Assembly: GCA_038895675.1 (NCBI GenBank)
Contig: JAWANB010000018.1
Coordinates: forward strand, 1 to 16,335
Length of the DNA stretch: 16,335 nt
Origin: Candidatus Iainarchaeum sp.
GTDB lineage: Archaea > Iainarchaeota > Iainarchaeia > Iainarchaeales > Iainarchaeaceae
Reading direction: 5' to 3'
This document shows positions 1 to 9,170 of this stretch, in pieces. Position 1 is the first letter of the stretch, and the number at the start of each line of letters is the position of its first letter. A program made the translations under genes and the position numbers. The notes beneath the pieces were generated by a model, which was not told where the DNA came from, ran no database searches, and was given only the letters and a program-made list of their open reading frames with translations.

Positions 1-1
1 T

Positions 2-1477
2 AGGAAAAGGCAAATATTAGAGTATTGTGCTTTTAGCGATAAAAACATTGAATTGCAAGCTGTTGATTCTCTTTGTTTTGAAGAGGACTGGAAGTCAATA
101 ATTGATTCTATTGATGATTTTTTTATTACTCATGAAAAGGTACGAGAACTTTTGCATAAGCGGCAGTCTAAAGTGAGTCAATCAGCAATTGAGAGTGTTG
201 TAATATTGCCTTCAAAGAAGTGTATTGCTAAAGAAGAAAGCTCTGATTATAAGGTTCTGAAGGAGTATGAAGCTAATGAAAAGTCTAGAAGTAGTGGAAA
301 AGTAGACGATTTTTTAGCTTATTTTAGGAACAAATATGATTTTTTGAGTTCTCTTTTTTCAGGACGTTCTGGTTTCAATCCAAAACCTGTTGATAAACTT
401 AAAAGTGTTGGTAAAAATGAAAGTGTTGACTTGGTAGGTATGGTATTTAGAAAGTGGGTTAGTAAAAATGGTAATTTGAGTTTTGAGCTTGACAGTCCTG
501 AGGGGAATTTTATTGTCATTGTTTCAAAAGACGATGTGAAGATTAACGTAGAAGCTCAAAAAATTTTGGTTGATGATGTAATAGGAGTTCATGGTAAAAA
601 ATTTTCTGACAACGTTGTTATTGCCAAGTCGTTTCTTTTTCCAGACTTGCCACAAAAGCCTTTGAATTTTGCTAAAAGGGACTTGTCTTTGTGTTTGATT
701 AGTGATATTCATGTTGGTAGCAAGCTTTTTCTTCGTAATGAGTTTCTCGAGTTCATAAGTTGGTTGAATGCTGGTTCTGGTAATGCAGGAAAAATAAAAT
801 ATCTTTTCATTGCAGGCGATAATGTTGATGGTGTAGGCGTTTATCCTACTCAATACGATGAATTAGAAATAAAAGACGTTTTTGAGCAATACGATGTTTT
901 TGCAGATTTTGTTTCAATGATTCCAGAGTACATTGAAGTTTTTATTTGTCCAGGACAACATGATGCGACGCGAAGATCCGATCCTCAGCCTCCAATATTA
1001 AAAGAATACGCAAAAAAACTTTATGAGTTAAGCAATGTTCATTTGATAGGTTCTCCTTCTTGGGTTGAGGTTGAAGGTCTCAAGACTCTTGTTTATCATG
1101 GTGGTTCTTTTCATGACATGTACGCTGTTTCAAAACATCTTGACAACAAAGAGCCTCATAAAGCAATGATTGAAATGCTTAGAAGGCGCGACTTGTCAAC
1201 AGGCTTTGGTTTTAATCAGCCTTACGTTCCCCTAAAAAACGATTTGATGGTTATAAGGCACGAACCTGACTTTTATTTTGGTGGTGACTTACACCATAAA
1301 GGCTATGCTAATTATAGAGGTTGCACTGTTGCTAATGCTGGTTGTTGGCAAGGAATAACGAGTTTTCAAATAAAAGAAGGTCATGTTCCAACTCCTTGCA
1401 TTTCTCTTGAAATAAATCTCAAGTCAAGAAAAATAATAGAGCATGATTTTTCAGGTGTGAACAATGAAAGACATTAA
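2..1477 (+). CDS. polB: DNA polymerase D small subunit DP1 (OB-fold plus Mre11-like phosphoesterase proofreading exonuclease), 5'-partial
   Basis: The frame is open from position 2 (RKRQILEYCAFSDKNIELQAV...), so the true start lies upstream of the window rather than at the TTG at 53. Motifs: ISDIHVGS, IAGDNVDGVGVYPTQ, PGQHDA..DPQP, YHG, GDLHH, NAGCWQ..T.FQ...G..PTP. Directly upstream of DP2. Confidence 0.96.
   Translation, partial: RKRQILEYCAFSDKNIELQAVDSLCFEEDWKSIIDSIDDFFITHEKVRELLHKRQSKVSQSAIESVVILPSKKCIAKEESSDYKVLKEYEANEKSRSSGKVDDFLAYFRNKYDFLSSLFSGRSGFNPKPVDKLKSVGKNESVDLVGMVFRKWVSKNGNLSFELDSPEGNFIVIVSKDDVKINVEAQKILVDDVIGVHGKKFSDNVVIAKSFLFPDLPQKPLNFAKRDLSLCLISDIHVGSKLFLRNEFLEFISWLNAGSGNAGKIKYLFIAGDNVDGVGVYPTQYDELEIKDVFEQYDVFADFVSMIPEYIEVFICPGQHDATRRSDPQPPILKEYAKKLYELSNVHLIGSPSWVEVEGLKTLVYHGGSFHDMYAVSKHLDNKEPHKAMIEMLRRRDLSTGFGFNQPYVPLKNDLMVIRHEPDFYFGGDLHHKGYANYRGCTVANAGCWQGITSFQIKEGHVPTPCISLEINLKSRKIIEHDFSGVNNERH
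1453..1457 (+). promoter_or_regulatory. Shine-Dalgarno-like AGGTG for DP2
   Basis: AGGTG 6 nt upstream of ATG 1464, inside the DP1 3' end. Confidence 0.6.
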
Positions 1478-4400
1478 TGAACAAATCAATAATTATTTTG
1501 AAAAAATTAGTTCTAAAGCAATGTCGCAATTCCAAATAGCGACGGAAGCAAGAGCAAAGGGCCTTGACATTTCAGAGGAAGTAGAGTGCAAGCCTACTCT
1601 TGACCTTGCTGATAGAACTGAAAACATAATTGGTCCAAAAGGTGTGGCTAAAAGGTATAGGCAATTGTTTGAGGAATTCAATCACGATAGGAACAAAGCA
1701 ATATTCGTACTATTTAAAGAAATACTTGAAGGAAAGTTAGGTGAAATAAGCGACATTGAAAAAAGGTTAGAGCAAGCTGTCAAGACTTGCCTTGTCTTAG
1801 TAACTGAGGGAGTCGTAGTAGCGCCATTAGACGGTGTCCCAAAAGTCAAAATAAGTTCTAATCCTGACGGCTCAAAATACATTGACATTTATTTTGCGGG
1901 CCCAATAAGAGCAGCCGGCGGTACCGCAACAGTTTTCCCCTTGATTTTAGGCGATTATGCGAGAAATTTGTTGGGTTTGGATAAGTACAAACCAACAGAC
2001 GATGAGGTAGAAAGGTATGTTGAAGAAATAAACATTTATGATGAAATAATAACAAGGCAATACAAGCTCAAGGACGATGAAATAAGAAAAATAGTGAAAG
2101 GTTGTCCTGTTTGCATAAACGGAGAACCAACTGAAGAACGTGAAGTTTTAGTTTGGCGCGATTTGCAAAGAATACCTTCAAATAGAATAAGAGGCGGCAT
2201 GTGTCTTGTTATTTCTGAAGGTATAGGCTTAAAGGCAATGAAAATAATGACCTTGACTAAAAGCCTCGGCTTGAACTGGTCTTGGTTAGAAGGAATAGCA
2301 AAAGTAAGCAAAAGCTCTTTAGGCCAAGAAAACGAGTTAAAACCAAATTATTCTTTTTTGTCAAGGATAGCGGCAGGCAGGCCAATATTTTCTTATCCCT
2401 CAGAAAAAGGCGGTTTTAGATTAAGGTATGGCAGAGCAAGAAACACATGCGTAATGGGAAAAGGAATCAATCCAGCTTCAATGCGAATCCTTGATGACTT
2501 TATTGCAGTAGGCACTCAAATAAAAGTTGAAAGACCAGGAAAAAGCGCCGAAATGTTTCCAGTTGATACAATAGAAGGACCAATAGTAAAGTTGCAAGAT
2601 GGCCAAGTAATAAAACTAAAGACAGAACAAGAAGCAATTGAAGTCAAAGACAAAATTCAAGAAATAATATTTTTAGGCGATATTCTTGTTACAATTGGAG
2701 ACTTTAGAAAAACAGCACACCCTTTAATGCCTGTTGGTTATTGTGAAGAATGGTGGAAGCTCGAATTAGAAAAGGCAGTTCAAGAAAACAAAACAAATTA
2801 TATTAGCTTTATAAGAGACCCTTTTAAAGTGTCAGAACAAGAAGCCTTAGAAATATCAAGAGAACTTGGAGTTCCTTTACATCCAGAGTATATTCATTAT
2901 TACAATTGCCTTTCCATAGAAGAAGCCAAAGAAATAGTAAAAGAAATAAGAAAGGCTAATTATGAAAACAAAAAATTGTTTTTAACGAACTCAAAAAAAG
3001 TAAAAGAATATCTTGAAAAAGCAGGCGTTCCGCATAAAATAAGCGAAGACAAAATAGAAATAGCAGAAAAATATTCAGAAAGCTTTTTCATTACTTTTGG
3101 CGGCAAAACACAAAAAGAATTACAAGAAAATTTTAATTCCACAACAGAGTACCTTTCAAGTTTGTCAGGCTTGGTAATAAGAGACAAGTGCGGAACTTTC
3201 ATAGGCACGAGAATGGGTAGGCCAGAAGCTGCAAAGCCAAGGCAAATGGCAGGAAACCCTATGGTCATTTACCCAGTCGGGTTTGCAGGAGGCCCAACAA
3301 GGTCAATAAACAAAGCGGCTGAAAAAGGAAAAATAGAAGCAGAGTTAGGTTATTTCTTAAATTCCGACACCAATAATGTTGAAGACCAACCTTTTTCTTT
3401 AGAAACAGGCAAAAAGAATTTGATAGTTAGAAAATGTAAAAAATGCAACAAGTATTCTACACGAGAAAAATGTTCTTATTGCAATTATGAAACAGAAGCC
3501 TTTAACAAAAGAGAAATAGATATTAAAAAAACACTTTTGAAAAGCTCGGAATTTTTGAAAGTTCCAGTGCCAGAACTAGTGAAAGGCGTTAACGGGTTAA
3601 TAAGTTCTGAAAAACTTCCAGAACCTTTAGCTAAAGGAATATTGAGAGCAAGAAACAATTTGCACATTTTTAGGGACGGAACAATAAGGTTTGAGTTGCT
3701 TAACGCGCCTTTAACCCACTTCAAACCAAAAGAAATAGGTTTGAGCATAGAAAAAGCTAAAGACTTAGGTTATTTTTTTGATAAGGAAGGTAAAGAACTA
3801 GTTTCAGAAGACCAAATTTGCGAGTTAATGCCTCAAGACATCATAGTTAATGAAAATGCCGGAAATTTTTTCGTGAAAGTAACAAAGTTCATTGACGAAG
3901 AATTAGAAAAATTTTATGGGTTAAAAAGAATTTATAATTACAATACAAAAGAAGATTTGATAGGAGAATTGTTTTTAGGTTTAGCACCTCACACTTCCGC
4001 AGCAGTACTTTGTAGACTAATAGGTTACAGCAAAGCAAAACTAAATTTTGCGCACCCTTACTTTCACCTTGCAAAAAGAAGAAACGCTGACGGCGATCAA
4101 GATTCTTTAATGTTATTAATGGACGCACTACTCAATTTTTCTACAAAGTATTTACCAAGCACGCGCGGCGGCAAAATGGACGCGCCTTTGGTTTTCACAA
4201 TAAAAATAAATCCAACGGAAATAGACGATGAAGTTTACGAAGTAGAAACTTGCAAAGAATACCCTTTAGAATTATACGAAAAAAGCCTTGTTTTTGCAGA
4301 CCCTAAATTAGAAAGCATCCCAACAATAGGAAACAAGATAGGAAAACAAAGCCAATTTTATGGTTTTGATTATACTCACGAAACCTCTTTTTTTGACGCA

Positions 4401-4832
4401 GGTCCGAAAAACTCGACTTACGTTACTTTAAAATCCATGGAAGAAAAAATTTTATCACAAGCAAAATTGCAATCAAAAATAAGAGCGATAGACAAAAAAG
4501 ACGCTCTCGAAAGAGTTCTAATAAGCCACTTTTTACCAGACATAATAGGAAATGCAAGGGCTTTTGCAAAACAAGAACTAAGATGCTCAAAATGTAACTC
4601 TAAGTATAGGAGAATACCTTTAGTAGGAAAATGCACTAAATGTGGTGAAAAACTCATTTTAACCATAGCAGAAGGATCAGTAAAAAAATATTTGGCAATA
4701 GCAAAAAGAATAGTAAAAGAATACAACTTAAGCACTTACTTAGAGCAAAGAATAATTTTAATTGAAAGAGAAATAGATTCCGTATTTGCAAAAGAAGAAG
4801 AAAAACAAAAAAGCATACTTCAATTCACATGA
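1464..4832 (+). CDS. polC: DNA polymerase D large subunit DP2 (two-barrel catalytic subunit), no intein
   Basis: TEGVVVAPLDG, YFAGPIRAAGGTA, GGFRLRYGRARN, FIGTRMGRPE, AHPYFHLAKRRNADGDQDS (catalytic DGD at 4089-4097), RGGKMDAPL, C-terminal CxxC...CxxC and PIP-box-like QKSILQF. Overlaps the DP1 end by 14 nt. Confidence 0.98.
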   Translation: MKDINEQINNYFEKISSKAMSQFQIATEARAKGLDISEEVECKPTLDLADRTENIIGPKGVAKRYRQLFEEFNHDRNKAIFVLFKEILEGKLGEISDIEKRLEQAVKTCLVLVTEGVVVAPLDGVPKVKISSNPDGSKYIDIYFAGPIRAAGGTATVFPLILGDYARNLLGLDKYKPTDDEVERYVEEINIYDEIITRQYKLKDDEIRKIVKGCPVCINGEPTEEREVLVWRDLQRIPSNRIRGGMCLVISEGIGLKAMKIMTLTKSLGLNWSWLEGIAKVSKSSLGQENELKPNYSFLSRIAAGRPIFSYPSEKGGFRLRYGRARNTCVMGKGINPASMRILDDFIAVGTQIKVERPGKSAEMFPVDTIEGPIVKLQDGQVIKLKTEQEAIEVKDKIQEIIFLGDILVTIGDFRKTAHPLMPVGYCEEWWKLELEKAVQENKTNYISFIRDPFKVSEQEALEISRELGVPLHPEYIHYYNCLSIEEAKEIVKEIRKANYENKKLFLTNSKKVKEYLEKAGVPHKISEDKIEIAEKYSESFFITFGGKTQKELQENFNSTTEYLSSLSGLVIRDKCGTFIGTRMGRPEAAKPRQMAGNPMVIYPVGFAGGPTRSINKAAEKGKIEAELGYFLNSDTNNVEDQPFSLETGKKNLIVRKCKKCNKYSTREKCSYCNYETEAFNKREIDIKKTLLKSSEFLKVPVPELVKGVNGLISSEKLPEPLAKGILRARNNLHIFRDGTIRFELLNAPLTHFKPKEIGLSIEKAKDLGYFFDKEGKELVSEDQICELMPQDIIVNENAGNFFVKVTKFIDEELEKFYGLKRIYNYNTKEDLIGELFLGLAPHTSAAVLCRLIGYSKAKLNFAHPYFHLAKRRNADGDQDSLMLLMDALLNFSTKYLPSTRGGKMDAPLVFTIKINPTEIDDEVYEVETCKEYPLELYEKSLVFADPKLESIPTIGNKIGKQSQFYGFDYTHETSFFDAGPKNSTYVTLKSMEEKILSQAKLQSKIRAIDKKDALERVLISHFLPDIIGNARAFAKQELRCSKCNSKYRRIPLVGKCTKCGEKLILTIAEGSVKKYLAIAKRIVKEYNLSTYLEQRIILIEREIDSVFAKEEEKQKSILQFT

Positions 4833-4846
4833 TTTAATTATGTTGG

Positions 4847-4868
4847 TTTTTTTAAGGGTTTTTTCTTT
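4847..4868 (+). terminator. Oligo-T tract, possible archaeal terminator for the polD operon
   Basis: T7 and T6 runs just after the DP2 stop, in the 50-nt gap between convergent genes. Confidence 0.4.
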
Positions 4869-4882
4869 GTAGCCTAATACAT

Positions 4883-5857
4883 TCAAACAATTTCTTTCCA
4901 AATAGTGTTTTTTAATTCTTTTATGTTTTCTTCGTTGTTCGTTGATTCTATGATTTTTGCTTTTCCAAACAATTCTCTTGCTTTTTCTATTTCTTCCTTA
5001 TTGCTTATATCCAACTTGTTTATTACAATCAAAAACTTTTTTTCTTTAAAATATTCGCCTAAATAATTGTAAAGTGAAAATTGTTTGTTTATTTTTTCTC
5101 CACAAGTTTCGCTTGGATCAACTATAAACAAAACTATTTTTGAAAGCCTTTTTATTGCTACTAAAGCTTTTTGCTCTATTTTATTGTGTTCTTTTCTTTC
5201 TAACAATCCAGGGGTGTCTATTACTTGTACTTTTTCATATTTCCATTCATAGTAACCTAAGTTTAATGATTTTGTAGTGAACTTGTAAGGTGCTATCTTT
5301 GGTTTGGCTTGAGTAAGTCTTTTCAACAAAGTGCTTTTTCCTACGTTTGGGCTTCCTGCCAAAACTATGGTTTTTGCATTAAAGTCTATTTCTGGCAATT
5401 CTTCAATCTTTTTCGCTTCATTTTTTAGAAAGTCAAGGCAAGGTTCAAGCTTTTTTACAACAGAACACACTCTGCCTTCAACGCCTTTCTTTGCTTTTTC
5501 TATTTCTTCTTTTTTGTTTGCTCTATAAATTTCTTTTACGCCTTGTAATCTTATTTTTCTGACTATTTCTGCCGAAGAATTGGTTTTAGCCAAACATTCT
5601 TTTACCTTTTTTACGTCTATTATAATATTTATTAAGTCAAGGTAAAACTCTTTTTGTTCATCCAATTTAGGAAGAAGCTTTGAAGCTTCTTTTAGTTTTT
5701 TGTATACGTAGTCACAAAAAACTTTTGTTTTTGCAGAAGCTAAAGCTTTTTTTGTATCTCTTTTATTGCGGGGCTTTTTTGAGATAAAGGTTTTTCTTGA
5801 AGCCAAAAAGGCTGATTCAATTATGTCTTTTGCCTTAGGAAAAAAGATTTTTTGCAT
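4883..5857 (-). CDS. NOG1-family (Obg-like) GTP-binding protein, ribosome biogenesis
   Basis: N-terminal helical domain (LPKLDEQKEFYLDL, GRVCSVVK), G1 GSPNVGKS, G2 APYKFTTKSL, G3 DTPGLLER, IVDPSETCG, G4 NKLD. Confidence 0.93.
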   Translation of the reverse strand: MQKIFFPKAKDIIESAFLASRKTFISKKPRNKRDTKKALASAKTKVFCDYVYKKLKEASKLLPKLDEQKEFYLDLINIIIDVKKVKECLAKTNSSAEIVRKIRLQGVKEIYRANKKEEIEKAKKGVEGRVCSVVKKLEPCLDFLKNEAKKIEELPEIDFNAKTIVLAGSPNVGKSTLLKRLTQAKPKIAPYKFTTKSLNLGYYEWKYEKVQVIDTPGLLERKEHNKIEQKALVAIKRLSKIVLFIVDPSETCGEKINKQFSLYNYLGEYFKEKKFLIVINKLDISNKEEIEKARELFGKAKIIESTNNEENIKELKNTIWKEIV

Positions 5858-5879
5858 AACTAATCCTACTCGGAAAGAC

Positions 5880-5927
5880 TTTTTATGTAAATTCCAAATT
5901 TTTGCCTTGCCTTTTATTATTTAAATG
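5880..5927. promoter_or_regulatory. Divergent promoter region with TATA-like boxes for the NOG1 gene and secF
   Basis: TTTAAAT at 5920-5926 (+) and TTTACATAAAAA at 5891-5880 (-), the latter ending about 22 nt before the NOG1 ATG. Confidence 0.35.
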
Positions 5928-5985
5928 TTTCCAAACCTTTTCATTCAAAGAAATGACGTTTTTAGTGGCATTTTAGTGGATCATT

Positions 5986-7044
5986 ATGGATTTTTATTCT
6001 TCCAATTATCGCAATTATGTTTTTTTGCCGTTGTTTTTTTTAGTAGTTTTTTTACTAATAATTTTTGTTTACCCTGGCTTAAAGTTAGGCATTGACCTAA
6101 AAGGCGGTACAAACATAATTGTTAGGGCTGATACTCCTTTTGATGTAAAACCTCTCATCACCAAGCTTAATCAAAAATTTTCTTTGTCAGATTTGCAAGT
6201 AACTTCAATTCAAGGCCCAAACGGCAATGGGATTTTCATACAATTTTCTCAAGAGAATACTTTGGCACAAGCTAAGAACATGCTTGACCTTTCAAAAAAA
6301 AACCTTGAATCAAATCCAGCGGAAGCGAAAAGACTTTCATTAGAATCTATTAAGTATTCTGCCTCTTTTTTGAATGAAACGCCAAAACAAGACTTTTCTT
6401 CTGAAAAGGAATTGTACGAGTATGCTTCTTCTTTGTTTGCCAAAGCTGAAAATCATTTTGACTTGAGTTTGCAACAAATAATAAAGGAAACTTATGGCTT
6501 GCAATCTGACTTAAAATATCAAAAGACTCAAGTAGGACCTACTTTAGGAAAAGAATTTTATAACGCGGCTTTAGCAGCCTTTTTTTTAGGCTTATTATTT
6601 CTTTCAATAGTGATAATAATTTATTTTAGAGAAATATTAACCGCTGCCACTATCATTGCTGCCGCGATTTTCAACATTCTCGGTTCATTAGCTTTGATGT
6701 CAATTTTCGGCATAAACGTTTCTTTAACCACTATCCCAGCATTGCTCATGATAATAGGTTATAGCGTTGATTCTGAAATAGTTGTTAGTGCAAGAGTTCT
6801 AAAAAGAAAAGAAGAATCTGCAAGAAAAAGACTTCTTGACTCAATAAAAACAATTTTGACAATGAGCTTTACAGCTATAGCTGCTGTCACTTCTCTTGTC
6901 GTCTTTTCTTACTTTTCTCAAATATCTGTTTTATTTGAAATCTCAATTGTTTTGCTTTTTGGTCTTTTAGCCGATATTTTGTCAAGCACAATGCTTAACG
7001 CGCCTTTCATATTAGCAAAAGCTGAAAAGGAGGAAAAAGTTTGA
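5986..7044 (+). CDS. secF: Protein translocase accessory subunit SecF
   Basis: TM1 followed by LKLGIDLKGGT, QVGPTLG, five further TM segments, IPALLMIIGYSVDS and GLLADILSSTMLN. Archaeal secF-secD order. Confidence 0.93.
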   Translation: MDFYSSNYRNYVFLPLFFLVVFLLIIFVYPGLKLGIDLKGGTNIIVRADTPFDVKPLITKLNQKFSLSDLQVTSIQGPNGNGIFIQFSQENTLAQAKNMLDLSKKNLESNPAEAKRLSLESIKYSASFLNETPKQDFSSEKELYEYASSLFAKAENHFDLSLQQIIKETYGLQSDLKYQKTQVGPTLGKEFYNAALAAFFLGLLFLSIVIIIYFREILTAATIIAAAIFNILGSLALMSIFGINVSLTTIPALLMIIGYSVDSEIVVSARVLKRKEESARKRLLDSIKTILTMSFTAIAAVTSLVVFSYFSQISVLFEISIVLLFGLLADILSSTMLNAPFILAKAEKEEKV

Positions 7045-8678
7045 AAGAGTTTTTTACAAACTGGCGAATAGTTTTATTAATCGTTTCTATTTTGATCAGT
7101 GCTTTCGCTGTTTTTTACAATGGTAATTTCGCAGGCATAACATTTGGTTTACAGTATGGCTTAGATTTTACTGGCGGTACCTACTATCAAATACAACTTG
7201 AAGAAGAAGTAAGTCCAGAACAAATGGAATTTATTACTTCAATAATGACGCAAAGAATAGACGCTTTCGGCATGAAAGACATAAAAGTGAATCCTTTAGG
7301 AAAAGACGTTGTTTCTATTCAAATAGCTGAAACAAACCCTGAAAAATTAGCCGAAATAGAACAGATAATAAAAACTCAAGCCAAGTTTGAAGCAATGCTT
7401 GATGGTATTGTTCTTTTCAAAGGCTCTGAGATTTTAGCAGTCTCAAGAAACCCTGCTGTTGGCTATGGCATAACAAGTGAAGGTAATTACTATGGGTGGC
7501 GTTTACCATTTGTTTTAAGTCAGGCAGGAGCCGAAAGTTTTTCTAAAGGCATATTTCACAAGTGTGATCAAATAAGTTTTAACGAGTATGATTGTAGAAG
7601 CACTTACTTTTTCATAGACAGGCCTGTTGATTCAGTGATAGTATTTTCATCACAATCCTTTATTGAGGACAACGAAATTCTTTCAACAGGTAATGTTAAA
7701 GGAATAGAAAAAGGCACTACCGTAGAATCTTTACTATATAATGCTGCTTTGCCTTACATTGTTGTTACTGAAGACGGCTTTACACAAGACCAAGAAAAAA
7801 CTTTGTTAGAATTAAAGAAAACTAAAAAAAAGACAATAGTTCCTGAAAACTTTGATGAAAAACTCAAGGCAAAACTACAAGAAATAGGTTATGATGTGGT
7901 AGAAGTTAAAAAGGAAAGAGATTTGCCTTGGGTTTGGACAGCAATAGGCTTGAAAGAAGCAATAAAAATAACACCTGAAATAGCAGGGTTGTCCCCTTAC
8001 ATTGAAAGAATTGAAGACGCAAAAATATTTTCAGATCTTTTTATAACAGGTTCGGCACAAGACAAACAAAAAGCAATACAAGAACTAACCTCTTTAGAAA
8101 TATTGTTGAAAACAGGTTCTCTGCCAGTAGGTATAAAATCAATTTCAAAAGAAACAATATCGCCTTTATTAGGTCAAGAATTTTTGTCAACAAGCATAGT
8201 AATAGGAATATTTGCATTACTATTAGTCTTTTTAGTGCTTTTAATAAGGTATCATAACTTTTTGTTGGTTTTGCCTATAATTTTTTTCGGAATGATTGAA
8301 CTCTTACTCACATTAGGGTTTTCAGCGCTAATAGGCAATAGGCTTGACTTGGCTTCAGTGGCAGGACTAATAACAGCAATAGGAACAGGGCTTAACGATC
8401 AAATAGTAATAATAGATGAGTTGGTAAAAGGCGGAAAAGCAACAACAGAAATAACTTACTCTAATAGAGTGAAAAAAGCATTTTTCATAATAATTGCAGC
8501 AGCAGCAACAACCATTGCTGCTTTATTCCCAATAATACTTTTCAGCAACTCTGGCTTTTTAAAATTAAGAGGCTTTGCAATAACAACTATTTTAGGCGTA
8601 CTAATAGGAATAACAATAACGAGACCAGCGTTTGCTCTAATAGCAGAAAAAATATTCAGTTATTCAAAGAAAACCTGA
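7041..8678 (+). CDS. secD: Protein translocase accessory subunit SecD
   Basis: TTG start overlaps the secF stop (TTGA), with AGGAGG at 7028-7033. LQYGLDFTGGT, RIDAFG, LKTGSLPV, ISPLLG, LDLASVAGLITAIGTG.NDQIVI.DE, LRGFAITTILGVLIGITITRPAF. Confidence 0.95.
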   Translation: MKEFFTNWRIVLLIVSILISAFAVFYNGNFAGITFGLQYGLDFTGGTYYQIQLEEEVSPEQMEFITSIMTQRIDAFGMKDIKVNPLGKDVVSIQIAETNPEKLAEIEQIIKTQAKFEAMLDGIVLFKGSEILAVSRNPAVGYGITSEGNYYGWRLPFVLSQAGAESFSKGIFHKCDQISFNEYDCRSTYFFIDRPVDSVIVFSSQSFIEDNEILSTGNVKGIEKGTTVESLLYNAALPYIVVTEDGFTQDQEKTLLELKKTKKKTIVPENFDEKLKAKLQEIGYDVVEVKKERDLPWVWTAIGLKEAIKITPEIAGLSPYIERIEDAKIFSDLFITGSAQDKQKAIQELTSLEILLKTGSLPVGIKSISKETISPLLGQEFLSTSIVIGIFALLLVFLVLLIRYHNFLLVLPIIFFGMIELLLTLGFSALIGNRLDLASVAGLITAIGTGLNDQIVIIDELVKGGKATTEITYSNRVKKAFFIIIAAAATTIAALFPIILFSNSGFLKLRGFAITTILGVLIGITITRPAFALIAEKIFSYSKKT

Positions 8679-9170
8679 AAAGTCATTTACTTTAGTTATT
8701 TTTTTTGTGAAATAATACCAGCAAGCCAAAACAAAAAAAGTTGTAGCAAACCAAGTCGCAACATGCACAAATTCAGCAACGTTCAAACCATGAACAGAAC
8801 CAACCCAAACAACTAATAGCACTCTAAAAAAATTCAAAAAAATCAAAATTAAAGAACCTGCAAGAAAGATAACAATCTTTTTTTCTAAACTCGGTTTTTT
8901 GAGAGAAAAAACCAAAGCACCTAAAATAGAAGCACTGACCAAACCTGAGCAGGAAGAGTTTATTTCAAAGGCGCCATCGTTTACAAATATAAAGTAATTT
9001 TCGTAAGGCAAGTTCAACAAGTTAGCTATACGAAAAGCAATTTCTTTTTGCAACCAAAGAACTCCAAAATAGTTTAAAATTATTTCAGCAACCAAAAATA
9101 AAACCCAAAATTTTACTAAAAACCAAACTTGCTTTTTTCCTAAAAAAATTTTTCCAAGATTTTTAAACAT
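8664..9170 (-). CDS. Small exosortase/archaeosortase-family membrane protein (168 aa)
   Basis: FEINSSCSG (Cys74), LNFFRV (Arg116), FVH (His136) and about 4 TM segments. Start placed at ATG 9170, which overlaps the carS stop (TAATG) and has AGGTG 8 nt upstream, rather than the track's 9176. Confidence 0.85.
   Translation of the reverse strand: MFKNLGKIFLGKKQVWFLVKFWVLFLVAEIILNYFGVLWLQKEIAFRIANLLNLPYENYFIFVNDGAFEINSSCSGLVSASILGALVFSLKKPSLEKKIVIFLAGSLILIFLNFFRVLLVVWVGSVHGLNVAEFVHVATWFATTFFVLACWYYFTKKITKVNDFSGFL

Noticed and set aside
4060..4110. Intein at the usual DP2 insertion site near the catalytic motif
   Set aside because: The sequence is continuous through AKRRNADGDQD and the protein length is normal.
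319..4735. Short minus-strand ORFs inside DP1 and DP2
   Set aside because: Antisense shadows of well-conserved genes, with no recognisable motifs.
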